Shown here in pieces: positions 24,011-38,103 of a DNA stretch of 64,000 nt; the stretch's first letter is position 1; every line of letters begins with the position of its first letter. Position numbers and translations under genes: made by a program. Source of the DNA: Takakia lepidozioides (lineage: Eukaryota; Plantae; Bryophyta); assembly GCA_030704615.1 (NCBI GenBank), contig CM060731.1, forward strand, positions 92,194,001 through 92,258,000. The letters are read 5' to 3'. The notes under the pieces are model-generated. The model worked only from the letters and a program-made list of their open reading frames with translations, searched no databases and had not been told where the DNA came from.

Positions 24011-27000
24011 ATGAGTGGATTGGGAGAGAGAGCCAGAAAGGAGGTGTTCAGTTGGCAATTTGGAAGGAGAGAGAGCGAGTGCATGCATTCCTGAGGGTGA
24101 AGACGTGTAATTTGAAGCCCCCATAGCATTATCTGTACAAAATCTCTCATCAAGAAAGGACGACTTTAAGCATCAGAAAGACAGCGTTTCAATGAATGCA
24201 CGCAAACCATGAGATAATGAGGAGGCGAGCTTGTAATTGTGCATTCAAGTGTTGGATGAGAGAAAAATGGTGGCGCAGAGAGAGGAAAGTATTGGGGAAT
24301 CGGCTCTCAAAGATGGCAAGTGTGAGCTGGATTTGGGGATCGAAGGGAGCATTCGTCGCTGCGAAGCTCTGCTGGCCATGGTTCCTCTGTCGCTGCAGTC
24401 GTCCATCGCTGATGGTGTGTCTCTTTTCCTCACACCCACACGCACAGGGATTGATCAGAGGAGTAAATATTACATAACTGCCACACTCATTGGCCTTCCC
24501 AGTGTATGCATGCAAGACTTTATAGTAGTTCGAGTTACTTTTCCAGATTCATATTTGAGACCAGCTAGAGTAGAGCTTTATGTAGCTTACTTTGGCCTTT
24601 CCATCCTCAGATTGTCACCCAAGTGGAATGGGTTACCTTTGGGTAATGAGATCAATGGCCGCAAGGCGGTGCCGCTATTGTGTTGCAAAATACATCATTG
24701 TATTGCGAGAAATTTTTCTCTCTTTCTGGTCTCTCTCGCACGCCCTATGAACATCCGCCAAGGTGGGCAAGGATTTCAATTGAAGCCTCAGGTTTATGCA
24801 ACGACGTCTTCCAGGCTCCACTTGTACACAGTTCGGATTTGTCTTTCCTCTTAAATCATTAGTGGCCATCTGTATTACCTCGTCGCGCTCTTAGGTCGTA
24901 GCAGTATCTCTAACTTCTCTCAGCTGCCCTCTGTCTTCATATGTTTGTCTGTGAGTATGCAATTAAGAGTTACAGTGACATCGCGGCCTCAGTTACTTCA
25001 TTAGATAAACAAACAAGAAAGAAAGATTGAGAGAAAGATCATAATCTTCACAAGAAGGAAGGAATTTATTCCGTCCAAGGAGAGGTTAGACCGTTGTGGA
25101 CCGTTCCTGCGAAAATAGCAGACTTCGCTCTCCCCGAGCTGGTCGTGGGTTCGTGCCAGAGGGAAAAGAGAACTGATTGATTTGACCTGCATAAAATCGG
25201 GACCTGCAGGTGCATTGAGGTCGGGGAGGAGAAGTTGGATGGGGACTAATGCAGCTCAGACATGCCTGGACCTGGAGTTCGAGAAAAAGTTGACTGGGTT
25301 GGAACCGGAGTGGACCAAGAACATGGGGCTGCTCAGTAGCATCACCGATGATCGCAAATCTACCCCTCCCGCGGTGTGTTTCTGCTTTGATACATGGAAT
25401 CTGTAACTGCCACTGAGAAACGAAATTGCATTTTCGGTCTGGACAGCAAAATAGTGGGGAAGAGGGTGTCAAAATTGCTCTAAATTGTCATGCCAGCACA
25501 CACAAATAATAATGATCCGTAGCTGGACAATCAAGGGTCTCATACGAAAATGGTCTTCTGAGTACAGCGGTATCTTCTGCAGAACAAAGATGTTGGTGTA
25601 GTTGTGCTCCCAGGGAAGAGGCCACTCAGAGGAGAAAGAAAGGAAAGGACGGAACTTTATAACTCCCATAGGAAGCTTAAAGACATATGGGTAAGAAAGA
25701 AGAATGAAAGAAACAAATGAAATGAAATGAAATAGTAAACGTCCGCAAGAAGCTTAAAGAGCTTATGGGACAAGAGGAAGAAAGAAACAAGAAGAGATAG
25801 AGGGGCCACAAACAGCCCAAAGCAACTAAAGCTCAAGGGATTGTCTAAGAGTCAATGCTTCATACACGTAAGCTGCCAAGCATTTCTGATCCTCATAATG
25901 GAAGACGTCCATGAGAGATTGGGTATCCTGGAATAGACAGTTGAATCTCCCACGGATCTGATAGTATAAAGGCCAGTGAAAGAAGGAATGTTTTTCAATT
26001 TCCCTGGAGTTCCCAAAGCAAGCGGGCATAGTTAGTCTTCATGTTGCAGATTTTTCCACCTACAAGTCTCCATCCTCAGACTGTGGGAGCCCACCCTGAC
26101 CCTCTCCAAGGCCCTTAGAAGGGAGATAGGGCTGCAGACAGGTAATTAGGCTGCAAGATCCTATCGTCATGGAGAACAAAGAACGTCTCCAGATGCAGTT
26201 GCAATTTTGTTGTTAGAGTGGCTGGTTTCCAATTCCATATGACGTGTAGATCCACAAGTTCTCTTCTGATGCATCTATTGCGGTCCTGTTTGGACGCAAT
26301 ATCTACCCCCTCTGTATTTTGTGGCAGTAGGGAACCAATTGGGGGTCCGTTGTGCTGAACAAAGTTTGACACCCGAGCATACCAACAGTGCTTGAAACAA
26401 AGAAATGAAATGAAACGAAATGGTGTTTTATAACGTCCGCGGAAAGCTCATAGAGCTTATGGGACAAAATGGAAAGAAAAACATGAGAGAAAACAGGAAA
26501 CCAGAGTCAGAGATAAGAACTATTGTTCGAGTGATTGTCTAAGGGTGAATGCCTCCTGCAGGTAGGCTGCCAAGCATTTCTGATCTTCTTAGTGAAAGAG
26601 TCCCGCGGAATAGACAATGGAATCTCCCACGGATCTCATAGTATAGAGGGCAATAGAAGAAGAAGTGTTCTTCAGTTTCAATTTCCTGGTTGCGCCCTGT
26701 GCAAGCTGGACAGAGGGGGTCCTCCCGCTGCAGGTTTTCCCATCTGCCAGTCTCTATCCGTAGGTTGTCGGAGCCCACCCTGAACCGCCCCAAAGCCCTC
26801 AGGAGAGAGGAGATAAAGAGGCCGAAAGGTAATTGGGCCGCAAGATTCTATCATCTCAGAGAACCAAGAATGTTTCTCGATAGAAATGGAGCTTTGTCGT
26901 GAGGTTTGGTAACTTCCAAGTTCTCCTGACATGTAGCTCCATGAGCTCCTTTCTAATGAGTTGGTTGCGGTCGTGCTTGGATGTGATGTCCACCCCTTCT

Positions 27001-30000
27001 GGGTTCACTGGCAATAGTGAAGCAATAGAGAGTCCATGGCGTTCAAAAAAGGTATCCACACGAGCATACCAGGATTGTTTGAAGCCTGCATTTTTGAGTC
27101 TCATAGATGTTGTGAGGGCCCTGGCCACAAGCCCCTTGGGGGGAAGGGCTTGTAACCTATGCAGGAAAATTGTAAGCCGGAAGAGGGCCTCGGTTTGAAG
27201 TGGCACACAGGCGAATTCTGCATTCAGTATGTGAGATGGAGTTGTGCCTCTGGCGCCAAGCATTGCGTGGAGGAAAGATGACTGCAATGGTTCCAGATTC
27301 TCCCACCAGGAAACTGGGACTGCAGGTGCCCAGAATTCACAACCAAAAGTGGCATTTGGGATGACCATGCTATCAAACAGCCACTTCTTGGTCGGTGGAT
27401 GGCGCAGGTGTATCTGTTTGCATTTGGCCTGAAGGCGGATGGAGAAAGAAAGTTATAACATCTGCAGAGGGCCCACCCAGGGCCCATGGGACAGGGAGGG
27501 TGAGACATAATTGATATAATTCCTTAGACCTGTGTAGTCAAGTGAAGCTGAAATCCAATTCGTGAGAGGATATGTTAAAAGTGCTAAATAATATGGCCCA
27601 GGTTGATGGAAAATGGGACTTCCCCACCAGTGAGATACCATCCCAAGAAGATTCGCTAAAGAATGTGCAGAATGAGGTACCCAACATTCCAAAGCCGCGC
27701 CCTTGTCCAGTTCCATCAAGCCCCAACTCACACCTGGATTACATATCTATTGTGGGCACAAGAACCCCAAAGAACGAGATAGTGCACAAGAAAGTTCATA
27801 TCAAGAGACTTTGTTCTCGGGGCAGTGAGGGCTCTAGTGCTTCAGAAGACTGGACTATCGATTTTTCTCCGGCCGACACTACGACAACGTCGGTGAGTGG
27901 CAGTCAGGATGGCCATAGCTGCCAAGATCCCAGGGTGAGTAGCATGTACCTGGTCTCCATGTGCTTCTTGTCTTTAGTGTTCCTTTTCCATCTGGTCTGA
28001 AAGGTATTCAGCTTACTTCATACTGGAAGTTAAATCGTAATTTTCATGGGTCCACAGTAATGTATATCTAAACGTATAAGCTGAAGACAAGTATAATGAG
28101 ATGTTACCTCGGTTGAGAGGTCAAGTGACATTTTCACGAAGAAGAGGATGTTAGCGCTAACAAGTGAAACAAATATGACATCTGAGCAGGAGGGTGGTGA
28201 CAATTTGAGTTCCAGCAAAAAGAGTGGTAAAATGGGGTTGCACATCTTGAAGTCATCATGGCTTGAGAACAAGAACGAGAAAAGTACATGTGCACTTTCT
28301 GTGGACGGCCTAGCTATGGCTGAAAGTGGTCTCCTTTCTGTGCCTTCCTCTACTCCTACTGTAAGTTGACCCCTTAGACACCCTCCCTTTCCTTTGCTTC
28401 TCATACACATGGCTCTGCAGTGGTGTTTGAAAGTCAAAAGCTGAGCTTTCTGTCAATTGCATCAGGTATAGTTAGGCTGTTAGCAGGTCCACCATCGGTT
28501 GTATTTTCGGATTATGGATATCTTCCTGCAACTTCTATGTGCTGCAGAGCTACTTAAATGCTGTAAATGTGCAACCATGATGAGCAGATGGAGGGAGATC
28601 TGGAGGAAGTCGATACACGAAAACGTACACCCTCCATGCATTCAGATTCCAGCCGGGGGTCTCGGCAGTCATTTGAGACCTTGTGTTTCACATTCACAAC
28701 CCCACAGCATTGTGAGGAGGCATGGGAATGGTTTGACAAGTGTTCGGTGGACACCAGCCCGGATTTCAAGTATGAAGGTGAGACAGTGAGAGAGTGTGTG
28801 CATCCTTTAGATAGCTCATTAGCAAAGAAGAATACTGTGGTGGAACTTCATGAGAAAGAGACTGTTTTTCCTCTCCAGGTTGTGAGCTCTATAAGAATTC
28901 AATGGTATGAGGGTGGCCACACAGGAAATGTCATCCATGAGGTTCACCCACAAAGAGAAAAACCATTGAAGCACTTCATCCGCTCTCGGTGGAAGCCAGA
29001 CGATAATATACTGGAACAAATGCACCTCACCCGCAAGTCTGTCGACAATTCTGGAAAGTTAAAGCCTGTAAGCTCACTGCTAACACCGAATACAAAAGAA
29101 CCAAGCAATACAACCCAACATGTTTTTGGACGGGAGAACTGAAAGGAAATGATACTTTATAATGTCCACAGAAAGCAAAGAGCTTATGGGACAAGAGAAA
29201 GCACAAGAAAAAGAGAGGCACTCCACAAGCAGCTCAATAGCAACTGTTGTTCAAGGGATTGTCTAAGAGTCAACGCCTCATGCCGATATGCATTTCTGAT
29301 CCTCGTAATGGAAGACGTCTGAGAGATTGGGTTTCTTGGAATAGACAATAGAATCTTCCATGGATCTCATAGTAGAGAGGACAGTGAAAGAAGAAATATT
29401 CTTCACTTCCGATTTCCCTGTCGTTTCCAGCGCAAGCAGGGCACCGGATAACTGAAGTGGTACTTTAGAAAGAAAGAAGCTGCACAATGTCTATAGGGCC
29501 ACAAGGTCCATGGGACAAGGTGCTCATTGATAGTGCATTGGTTAACTTTTATGATGTGCCTTTCAGGGCATAATTGCAACAAAATACACCCCTTTTCCTG
29601 AAACTCGGCCCAAAATGCAACAGCCGTTGTTCACAGCTGAGGATAATCTGGTCACGAGGTCTATTGATTGTCAATCTTAGGGGCTAGCATCAAAATCACA
29701 CTTGAGAGTAACATTACTGCAAGTGTAGCCCTCCACCTATACAGCTGTAAGTTATGTGGTGTCAATTGCAATGTGAATCTTACAGAAGAAGAGAAAGAAA
29801 GAAAGCACCTCAACTCATTGAACATCCCTGTGAATGTGGGTGTGTGGGTGTGTGTGTGTGTGAAAGGGGGTTTGGAAGGTGGGGTGGTGCGGGGGATTTC
29901 AGAGAGATTTTTGAGGAGGGAGGGAGAGAGTGGAGGTTTGATGGCTTGGATGCAAATCCAGTATGCAGAGTGACAGTGTGCCATGGTTTCTGTGGTTACA

Positions 30001-33000
30001 GAAAGGCATACCAACGAACTACAGGAGAAGCAAAAGTGCTTCCATTAAAGAAAGACAGAAGGTGTGCAACTCTTTATCTTATACTTCAACCTCCTCCGCT
30101 GATACAATACTGTTCTCATGCAACTGATGCTTCCAAGGAAAAGTGATCATGAAATATGGTATGAGATCATGGACTAGGTGAATTTAGTGAGTGACATGTA
30201 GCACTTAACTTCAAAGTAAAAAGCTCATCATGAAATCACCACTGTGCCCAGGCACAGCTGAGAACATTCCAGTAACAGGGGTTTTACCACTACGCTATGG
30301 ATATCTTGGTAAAATTATCATCATTTTAGATCATATAGATGAGTAGATGTCCACAGGAGGTCCAAACAGCTAATGGGACAGTATCGTAGAGAGAGGGACT
30401 CAGTTTGGGTTGTATACTGTGGCATTAGGATGGACAAAAGAGTATGATAAACAGGGCACAGACAATGTGTGCGACCACAGGAAAGTTCAAGACTGTTGCA
30501 GACATGGTACTATTCTTCTTTACTGGCATAGTTTTTTGACAGTTGATGCTACATAGTGCATTTATGAAGCCATAATGCAGATCCAATAGTTGGGTATAAA
30601 CATCTCTTTCTTTCCTTGAGGCGTTCACTCTTAGACAATCCCTTGGGCAATAGTGCTTTTGGGCTGCTTGTGGAGTGCCCCTCTCTCTTTCACAGGCCCT
30701 TCCACCCAAAGGGCTAGTGGCAAGGGCCCTCACAACATCTATGAGGCTCAAAGCTGCAGGTTTCAGGAACTCCTGGTATGCTCGTGGGAACAGTTTATTT
30801 CAATGTAACGGACTTTCTACTGCTTTCCTATTACCAATGAACCCAGATGAGGTGGACATCACATCCAGACATGACCGCAACAGACTCATTCGGAGAGAGC
30901 TTAGGGAATTACATGTCAAGAGAACTTGGATGCTACCCAATCTCACAACAAAGCTCCACTTCTATCGAGAGACATTGGTGCTCCGCGATGATAGAATCTT
31001 GAGACCAAATTACCTTTCAGCACCCTTATCTCCTTCCCTCTTGAGGGCATTGGGGCGGTTCAGGGTGGGTTCCCACAACCTACGGATAGAGACTGGCAGA
31101 TGGGAAAACCTGCAAGGGGAGGACCGCCTATGTCCAGCTTGCATAGGGCGCAGCAAGGAAATTGAAACTGAAGAACACTTCTTCTTCTACTGCCCTCTAT
31201 ACTACGAGATCCGTGGGAGATTCCACTGTTTATTCAGTGGAACCCAAACTCTCACTGATGTCTTTCACTATGAGGATCAAAAATGCTTGGCAGCCTACCT
31301 ACACGAGGCCTTCACCCTTAGACAATCGCTAGAACATTAATTGTGGTTTCTGGATTTGTTCCTCTCTCATGTTTTCTTCCATTTTGTCCCATAAGCTCTA
31401 CGAGCTTTCCGCGGACGTTATAAAGCACCATTTCATTTCATTTCATTTCATTTCTTGTTGCTTCTCTTGTCCCATAAGCTCTTTGAGTTTTCTGCGGACG
31501 TTATAACGGACCATTTCATTTCTGTCCCCCTTCCTCAACACTCCAACTGTTGTGCATTTTCTGCAAGAACAGGCCAGCCTAAGGCGTCTGGCAAGACCCA
31601 GAACTGCATTGTATCAGCGGTATGCCCAAACAAAAGCCTTGCTGGAAGAGGAACAGATGTCTGAATGCTCATTCAAGGTTTGCCCCCTGCGTGTCACTCT
31701 AACTCTTGTGCTTGCACTGGTTTGTAACTGAATTCTTTGTTTATTTTGCGTTCTTGTCTCATAAGCTCTTCAGGCTTCATGAGGGGTTGCTATAGAGTTT
31801 CTTTCTTTCTCTAAAGTACCATTTCATTTCAGTTCTCTAGCTTTGTCAATCCACATTGCAGGAATATATTGATCTTTTAGTTGGCCTTTTCTTAAGGGCT
31901 AGCAGCTTGCACTCTTTCAATATACAGTCCAGAGGGATTTCTGGATTTTACGTGTGAGTCCACCAGTCTGGGCAGCGGTTCTGCCATTGCTTGTTTATTT
32001 GCCTAGTAGTGCAAGGTTTTTATCTGAACTAGCAAGCTGAGATGAGTTAGCTGTCAATGCCTCCCTACATGCTCCTCATACAAGTGCTTTTCCACCTATT
32101 CAGTTGGTTCATTGTGTACTTGTTGTTTGCACTCTGCTACAGCCTGTCGTGGGACGGAGACCAGACCCTGGTTCATCCTTGTCTGCTCCTATCGTTGACC
32201 GCCTCAGTGAAATGAAACAGCGTATTGAATTTCGTAAAAGAGTATGTGTCTACTTTCATTGAGCTGTCCTCCTTCCCTCGCCCTGTTTTCTTTTGGAGTA
32301 AGTAAGCAGTATAGCCATTAGGAGCCTTCAATTTCTCTTCATAGTAAATCTTGACTTTTATGTCGAAGAGTCCCAGCCTCTTGCATTAAGTGGCAGTCCA
32401 TGAGTTTCAGCATGCGTGTTTTTTGAGATGCTGGTGGTGATGAGTATGCTGTCATGCTAGCATTCCTGATGCTAGAGGGAAGCAAAGAAATGACCCCCTC
32501 CAAATCCTTTTGAGTCTTCATGTTGATTGACTGGCTACTCTGTGTGTGATTGTGCAAGCTTAGGCTCGAAAGGTGATTGAGAAAGAGGAGTTGGACCAGT
32601 GCTCCTTCTGGCCTAAAATCAACTTGAGCTCAGTGTACCTGGATATGGATGCCTATCAACCCATTCAGGAGCGCCTACAAGAGCTTCTGGTTGGAATCTT
32701 GTCCTCGTGCTTTTTTTGTTGTAGTACGGTACTGCTGTAGGATAAGTGAAGTTTTCCTATTTGAGGTAAGTGTGCACTATAGACATAAATGGAGTTTGGC
32801 CACAGAGTATGAATTGGCTAAGCCCTGGTGGAATCACTTGGAACCATGTACAGAAGCACCTAAAGTGCATATTTACATACTAACCAACAGACTTCTAGTG
32901 GTTTCATGTAGGCTCACATCAACTAAGCGATTGTTCTGGTGATTGCAGAGGAAGCGGGATGAGAGAATTGCCCAAGCAAGAGCCCAGGAGGCAAAGGTGC

Positions 33001-36000
33001 TCACTTTCAAACCTGAAATCAACCAGAAATCCCTTCGACTTTTCAAGCAGGTACTTTGTGTGCAGCCATGTTCAAACTTCCCCTCCCCACATCAAGTGTT
33101 CTCACATCATTTTTTCTCTGCCCAGGAAAGCCCTGTCCTTCCTACTCACAAGTGAGTACATCACACTCTCTCTATGGAGTTCATTTCTTTGATTGGTCCT
33201 GGCTGTCTCTATGAGGGGCTCATCTTCGTGCAGCTATGTAGGCCTGGCTTTCTAGGTTTTCCCCTTCTTTCTTTCTTATATCCTGTTTTCTTGTGTCCCA
33301 TAAGCTCTTAGAGCTTCCCGTGTACCAAAGCATTTTTATTTCTTTCATGTCCAACTATTTGAGCACAATGGACTCTCTGTTGCTTCCCTACTATCAAAGC
33401 AGAACTGCAATAGATGCGTCAGACAAGAACTTATGGAACTTCACGTCAGGCTGACAGGGCAGCGAATCAACAAAACTGCAGTTCCACCAGTTCCTCCGTG
33501 ACAAAAGAATCTTGCTGTCCGATTACCTGTCAACAGCTCTATCTCCCTTTCTTCTAAGGGCATGGGGAGGTTCAGGGTGGGCCCCCACAGTCGGAGGATA
33601 GAGAGAGGTTGGTGGGAAAATCCGACGAAGCCTTGCTTGCATTGGAAACTACAGGGAAATCGAAAGTGAAGAACTTTTCTTCTTTCACTGGCTTTTCTGC
33701 TATGAGACCGTGGGAGGTTCAATTGTCTATCCCGGAATTCCCAATCTCTCACAGAGGTCTTCCCTTACGAGGATCATAATTGGCAGCTTGCATGTATGAA
33801 GTGTTGACTCTTAGACAATTTGTTGAGCAATAGTTCCTTTTGGGCTGCTTGTGGAGGGCCCCTCACATTTCACTTCTCACTTAGAGGAATAATAAATGCG
33901 TACATTCTCTCTACTTTGAAAGTTTAGGTTGTCCATTTGCTGGTCCGTACATGCAGTTTCAAATATTCAACTCGGTCACTGGTAACTCTAACTCATGAGG
34001 CATCTCTTCTTATCTCCCATTCACATGCTTATTGGCTTGGATACAGAAAGGATTAGAAACAATCGATGTTGCAGACAGGCTGACAAGTTGCGGTCCACCT
34101 CATTTTGATGGAAATGGAGAGTGCCGGGTATTCTAATTGCCCTCGCTTTCATTCAGCAATTGTTCACCACTTTCTCAGATTGACCTAGCATCCACCATTT
34201 ATGTCAGTCCTTGTCTCTCTCTAACTCTTCCATTTGTACCTCAACCCCTCATCACCCGTCCCATGGATGTGATAAATCTCTTCTCTCTATGTGGGAGAAT
34301 GTCTTAAATGAGTCCCTCCTCTCTCTCTCCCCTTTCTTCCAAATTATGGGCAGGTCGGTCAACACGGCATACTGAATACATCTCTCATCTTGACAACTGG
34401 GTTAAACAGGCAAAAGTATACAGGCCAAAGGATGAGTGCACGTTTTCCCCAGAGATAAATCCCAACACAGATGACATCCTGGCGGGGTCTAAGTTTGAAG
34501 GTTGCGATTTTCTATCACGCCAACAACAGTTTTTATGCAGATTGGAGCAGCACAAGGTAGATTTGTAAAAACTCAACCCTTAACTTTTGAGATAATTCTA
34601 TGTAGAGTAGGTTGGCACACGCTGGGCCAAGTCACATCTTCTCATACTTCTATCGTTTATCATTACTCATTCAAGCAAGTCTTCCTTGCGTCACAAGACA
34701 ATCATGATTGTGAGAGGTTTTAGCATTTTTTGTTACATTTCATACCTCTTTAATTGAGAACCAGTTGGGCATCGATAAACTTCTTAAATGTTGATGTGTG
34801 ACCAGTACAAACCCTTCAGCTACCTTTATGTTTAGAGCAATCATCTATAGATGGGTGTTGAAAGTTTGGAGTTTGGAGGATGAATCTAGTTCATACACCA
34901 GCTGCACAAAAATGAAACTGACAACCAAACATTCTTGTGGCTGATATTCATTGCATGTGCAGAGGATAGAGCAAATAGGGCCTACCGACTTGACCTTTCA
35001 CCCAAATATTGGAAATGCCTCTTTCATTTTGCGGTCTTCCCCATTCTCAGAGGTCATTGGAGAGACGCTGGACGAGCGATTAGACAGACTCTCTCGCCGA
35101 GACAGTCAGCGTCGTTGCCACGTCCGTCAACGGATTGCTGTATGTGTCATACACAAGAAGTTCACACTACCCCCACCTAATTTGCAATATGTTGCTGTAG
35201 GCAGCATCTGAGAGTATTTGAAATTCAAATTGCCAGAGAAGCAACCCAAAGATTGTGTTCCAGTTATTATTGTACGTACATCTGTCACCTAGATACAGCA
35301 TGGGAACAAGATGGCAAAAAGTATAAGAGAGTTGCAAAGCTTGTCCTGTTGTCATACATTGGGCTGACTGGGCAATTCCTCACTTGCTGATGCATCTGTC
35401 ATTCTTTCTGTATTGTTGGTGGCCTTTCACGCAGGATAACTACTATTCTCAGTTCAGATTCCAACCCAAAATTGACCAGACTTCGCGGACTTTGGGACGA
35501 GCTCCTACTATCCAGGAGCTCTACATAGTGAGTAACTTCTGTCTTTGGCACTGCTCCACAGGACAAAGAGCCTTCATATTAATGGAGAGGTAGATTGCAT
35601 TGGAGGGTAAAGTAAGATATAGACCACTTTAAGACATGGATTTGAATGGGTGAGAACCATGTTCATCTTCAGCAGAACTCTCCTCCCACAGGTGCCTCAA
35701 CTACCTGCAATGGGCAATTTTTATTTCTATAAACTGTAATTCTACTATTAGGAAAGTCATAACAGGGGGGGCCTTCTATGGGTGTATTATATGGCGTCAA
35801 CATCTTGGGAAGAAAAGCAAGTGGTTTCACTGTTTACGACTTTACATAAAAAGGACTGTCTTTGCAACAAACCTGAGGGATAATATTAACAGAAACTTGT
35901 GTTTCCTAGAATGAAAGAGGAAAGCGATGCAAGGAAGCACTGCAGCAAGTGGCTCACAAGGAATTTCAACAGCAGTGCACCTTTCACCCTGATGTAAGTG

Positions 36001-37508
36001 TCTGTTTTTTGGTTCTTCAGCTCAGCCAGATTGTGTGATATCAAGGCTTTCAGATCTGTTGCCCCTGACAATGACCGCAGGTTAAGATCCCCCTCTGTTG
36101 GAGAAATTTTGTGCTGAACTAACTGTTTATTTAAGCGGGCTTAGAGTGAGTGAAACCATCACAGAATTCAACATTTGATTGTTTGAGCAGGTGAACACCC
36201 ATAAATCAACTGACGCACTGGAAAAACTTCTTCAGGACCGCCGCAAGTTCCGGCAGGTATTTGCTAAGCATTTTTTTTTTGGTACCATCCCCCTCTCATC
36301 TCTCAAAAATAAATGTATGATTGCATGATGGAGAAGCATTCAGAATACCTCAAATCTCATGTGAACTCCACCCTCTCTGTAATGGCTCGCCATATGTCTT
36401 TGGTAAGCAATTTGCTAACCTCCTTCAGACAACGAGGTAGACAGAAAGAAACCTTGTAAAATCCACAGGGGTCCTGAGAGAAAGATGGGGAGAGAGATTG
36501 AACAGCCCCAAAGACAAATGGAATGCTAACCTTGGCAGGAGAGAGCCAAGATCCGGGAAGCACAGCGTGTTGTAAGGGAGTTGCAGGAGGTTAAGGAGTG
36601 CACTTTCAAACCTGCAGTGCACCCTGTGCCCCCAAAAGACAAGGAACCCGTTGCTATTAAAGGCCTTGGGCGGCACCTGGAGCTCCAGGATCTGGCTAAA
36701 CAAATGAAGAAGGACCAGGAAGAGTGGGAGCGGAAGGTCTTCTTTTCTCATGTAATAACCTTGTCCCCACGGTATACCTGTAATTCTGTGCAATTTGACA
36801 TAGAGAGATGATATTCAGAAAGGTGATCAGGACATAGTTAAACCACTCTGCAGTTATGTAGAACCTAGTACTGCCCAGATCAGGTTATCATTGTTAATGA
36901 TTAGGTTTCTTTCTGAGGCATTTGACTTCAACCTCCTTTTTCCATGTAGATGAAAGTGAGCTAGAATCCAAGAGATACTTCAAAGCTGTATAGCTTTGCC
37001 CTGACAACAGATGCAATGGCCCTCTTGTGACAATCGTCCATGACTTTCACTGCTGTCTCAATGTTCCTATAAATATGTTAATGTAGCCCCACGGACAAGG
37101 ATGGCAGAACATTGGTATATTGCATGTTGATGCTTAACTCTTGTGAAACGTGCCAGTTACCCTGTAAAATACCCCCAGCAGACCAAGAGAGGGAGTGAGC
37201 ATTGTTAGCTCATGACTAATTCATGGTATATAAGTGAAATCTGAAACTGGCCACGGGTACCACAGGTGCATGAGCTGCCCAAAAGACAGTACACCATACC
37301 CAAGCCCTTTGTACTTCGTAGCGGACGGCCCACAAGCAAAGGTGCTCCCATGCGGCCTGATCACTGCATCTCAGGTGTTGAATCACTGTCAAAGACCACC
37401 TCCTCAAGCCACCAAAGCTGCACTCAAAGCCAGAGCAGTGCCAAAGGCGACGCTTCCAGTACCAAATTGACAAGCAATTCTTCTTGTGACAAAAAGGGGC
37501 CTCAGTAA
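24011..37508 (+). CDS. Multi-exon host gene with repeated (C/L)TFxPxI motifs and a terminal TxPKPF motif; putative microtubule/centriole-associated protein. 5' boundary uncertain.
   Basis: AG/GT-bounded in-frame exons at 32143-32241, 32564-32689 (QCSFWPKIN) and 32949-33050 (LTFKPEIN). Further exons at ~34334-34555 (ECTFSPEIN), ~34965-35140 (LTFHPNI), ~35435-35527 (FRFQPKID), ~35910-35992 (QCTFHP), ~36430-36737 (ECTFKPAV) and 37266-37508 (YTIPKPFVL, stop). Probable upstream exons lie near 24250, 25200, 27570 and 28550. Confidence 0.65.
25715..27450 (-). mobile_element. Two adjacent or nested 5'-truncated non-LTR retrotransposon (RTE/RTEX-like) 3' ends in an intron
   Basis: FGCEFWA and FRVGSDNLRIETGRW..LCPAC..ETEEHFFFYC C-terminal zinc motif. 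(GAAAT)n tails at ~25715-25733 and ~26402-26421. Confidence 0.8.
29140..29440 (-). mobile_element. Short 3' fragment of the same LINE family
   Basis: Encodes LSDVFHYEDQKC and shares the 3' UTR motif gagcttatgggacaa. Confidence 0.7.
30610..31522 (+). mobile_element. LINE 3' end (~30690-31454) nested in the 3' UTR of an older copy
   Basis: ORF 30675-31340 with SHNLRIETGRW..CPAC..EEHFFFYC. (ATTTC)n tail at 31430-31454. The older copy's UTR resumes at 31455. Confidence 0.82.
33420..33860 (+). mobile_element. Degenerate LINE 3' fragment, same family
   Basis: Nucleotide similarity (ggggaggttcagggtgggcccccacag; ttgactcttagacaat). Confidence 0.65.
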
Positions 37509-38103
37509 TATATGCATTTGATCTTGTTGATAGTTTCAGCCGTCTTCAGGCTATGAACGAGACACCAAAGCATCCCAGTAAGCAAAATGCAATTGATGTT
37601 CAGAGTCGTCCCATCAACTTATTGTTTTATGACATTATGCAATCTCCTTCATTGTGTTCCAGGGAGAAGACACTTGTTAGGAAAGAGGCACCAACTATCA
37701 AACTTTCCACGGTCAAACTTCTCACAGTGGGGCAGGCAAATAAGTATTATATCAAACTCAGAGAAGAGAGAAAGACTATCACTTTTGAAATACAAAAGGC
37801 ACCCCTCATAGCACAAGCTGGTACTAGGAAGAGGTCAACCGGTTCTACTTCCATCATGAGGGCTCGGAGTTGCCTTTGCCAAAGAAGGATGTTGCCCACT
37901 AATACTTCAATTCTCAATTGGCTGTTCAGAGCAAGTGAATGTTGCCTGATGGGGCAGCACAGTCACTTGAAGCAACACATGCCAAACTAGACCTTGGATT
38001 TGAATTTTTCTATTTATTTTTTTCTTTCTAATCACCGAGGCTGGCAACCAAAGATTCTTCCTCAGTTGTCTGGACAATGACAGGTAGCCTTGAGCAAGAA
38101 AGC

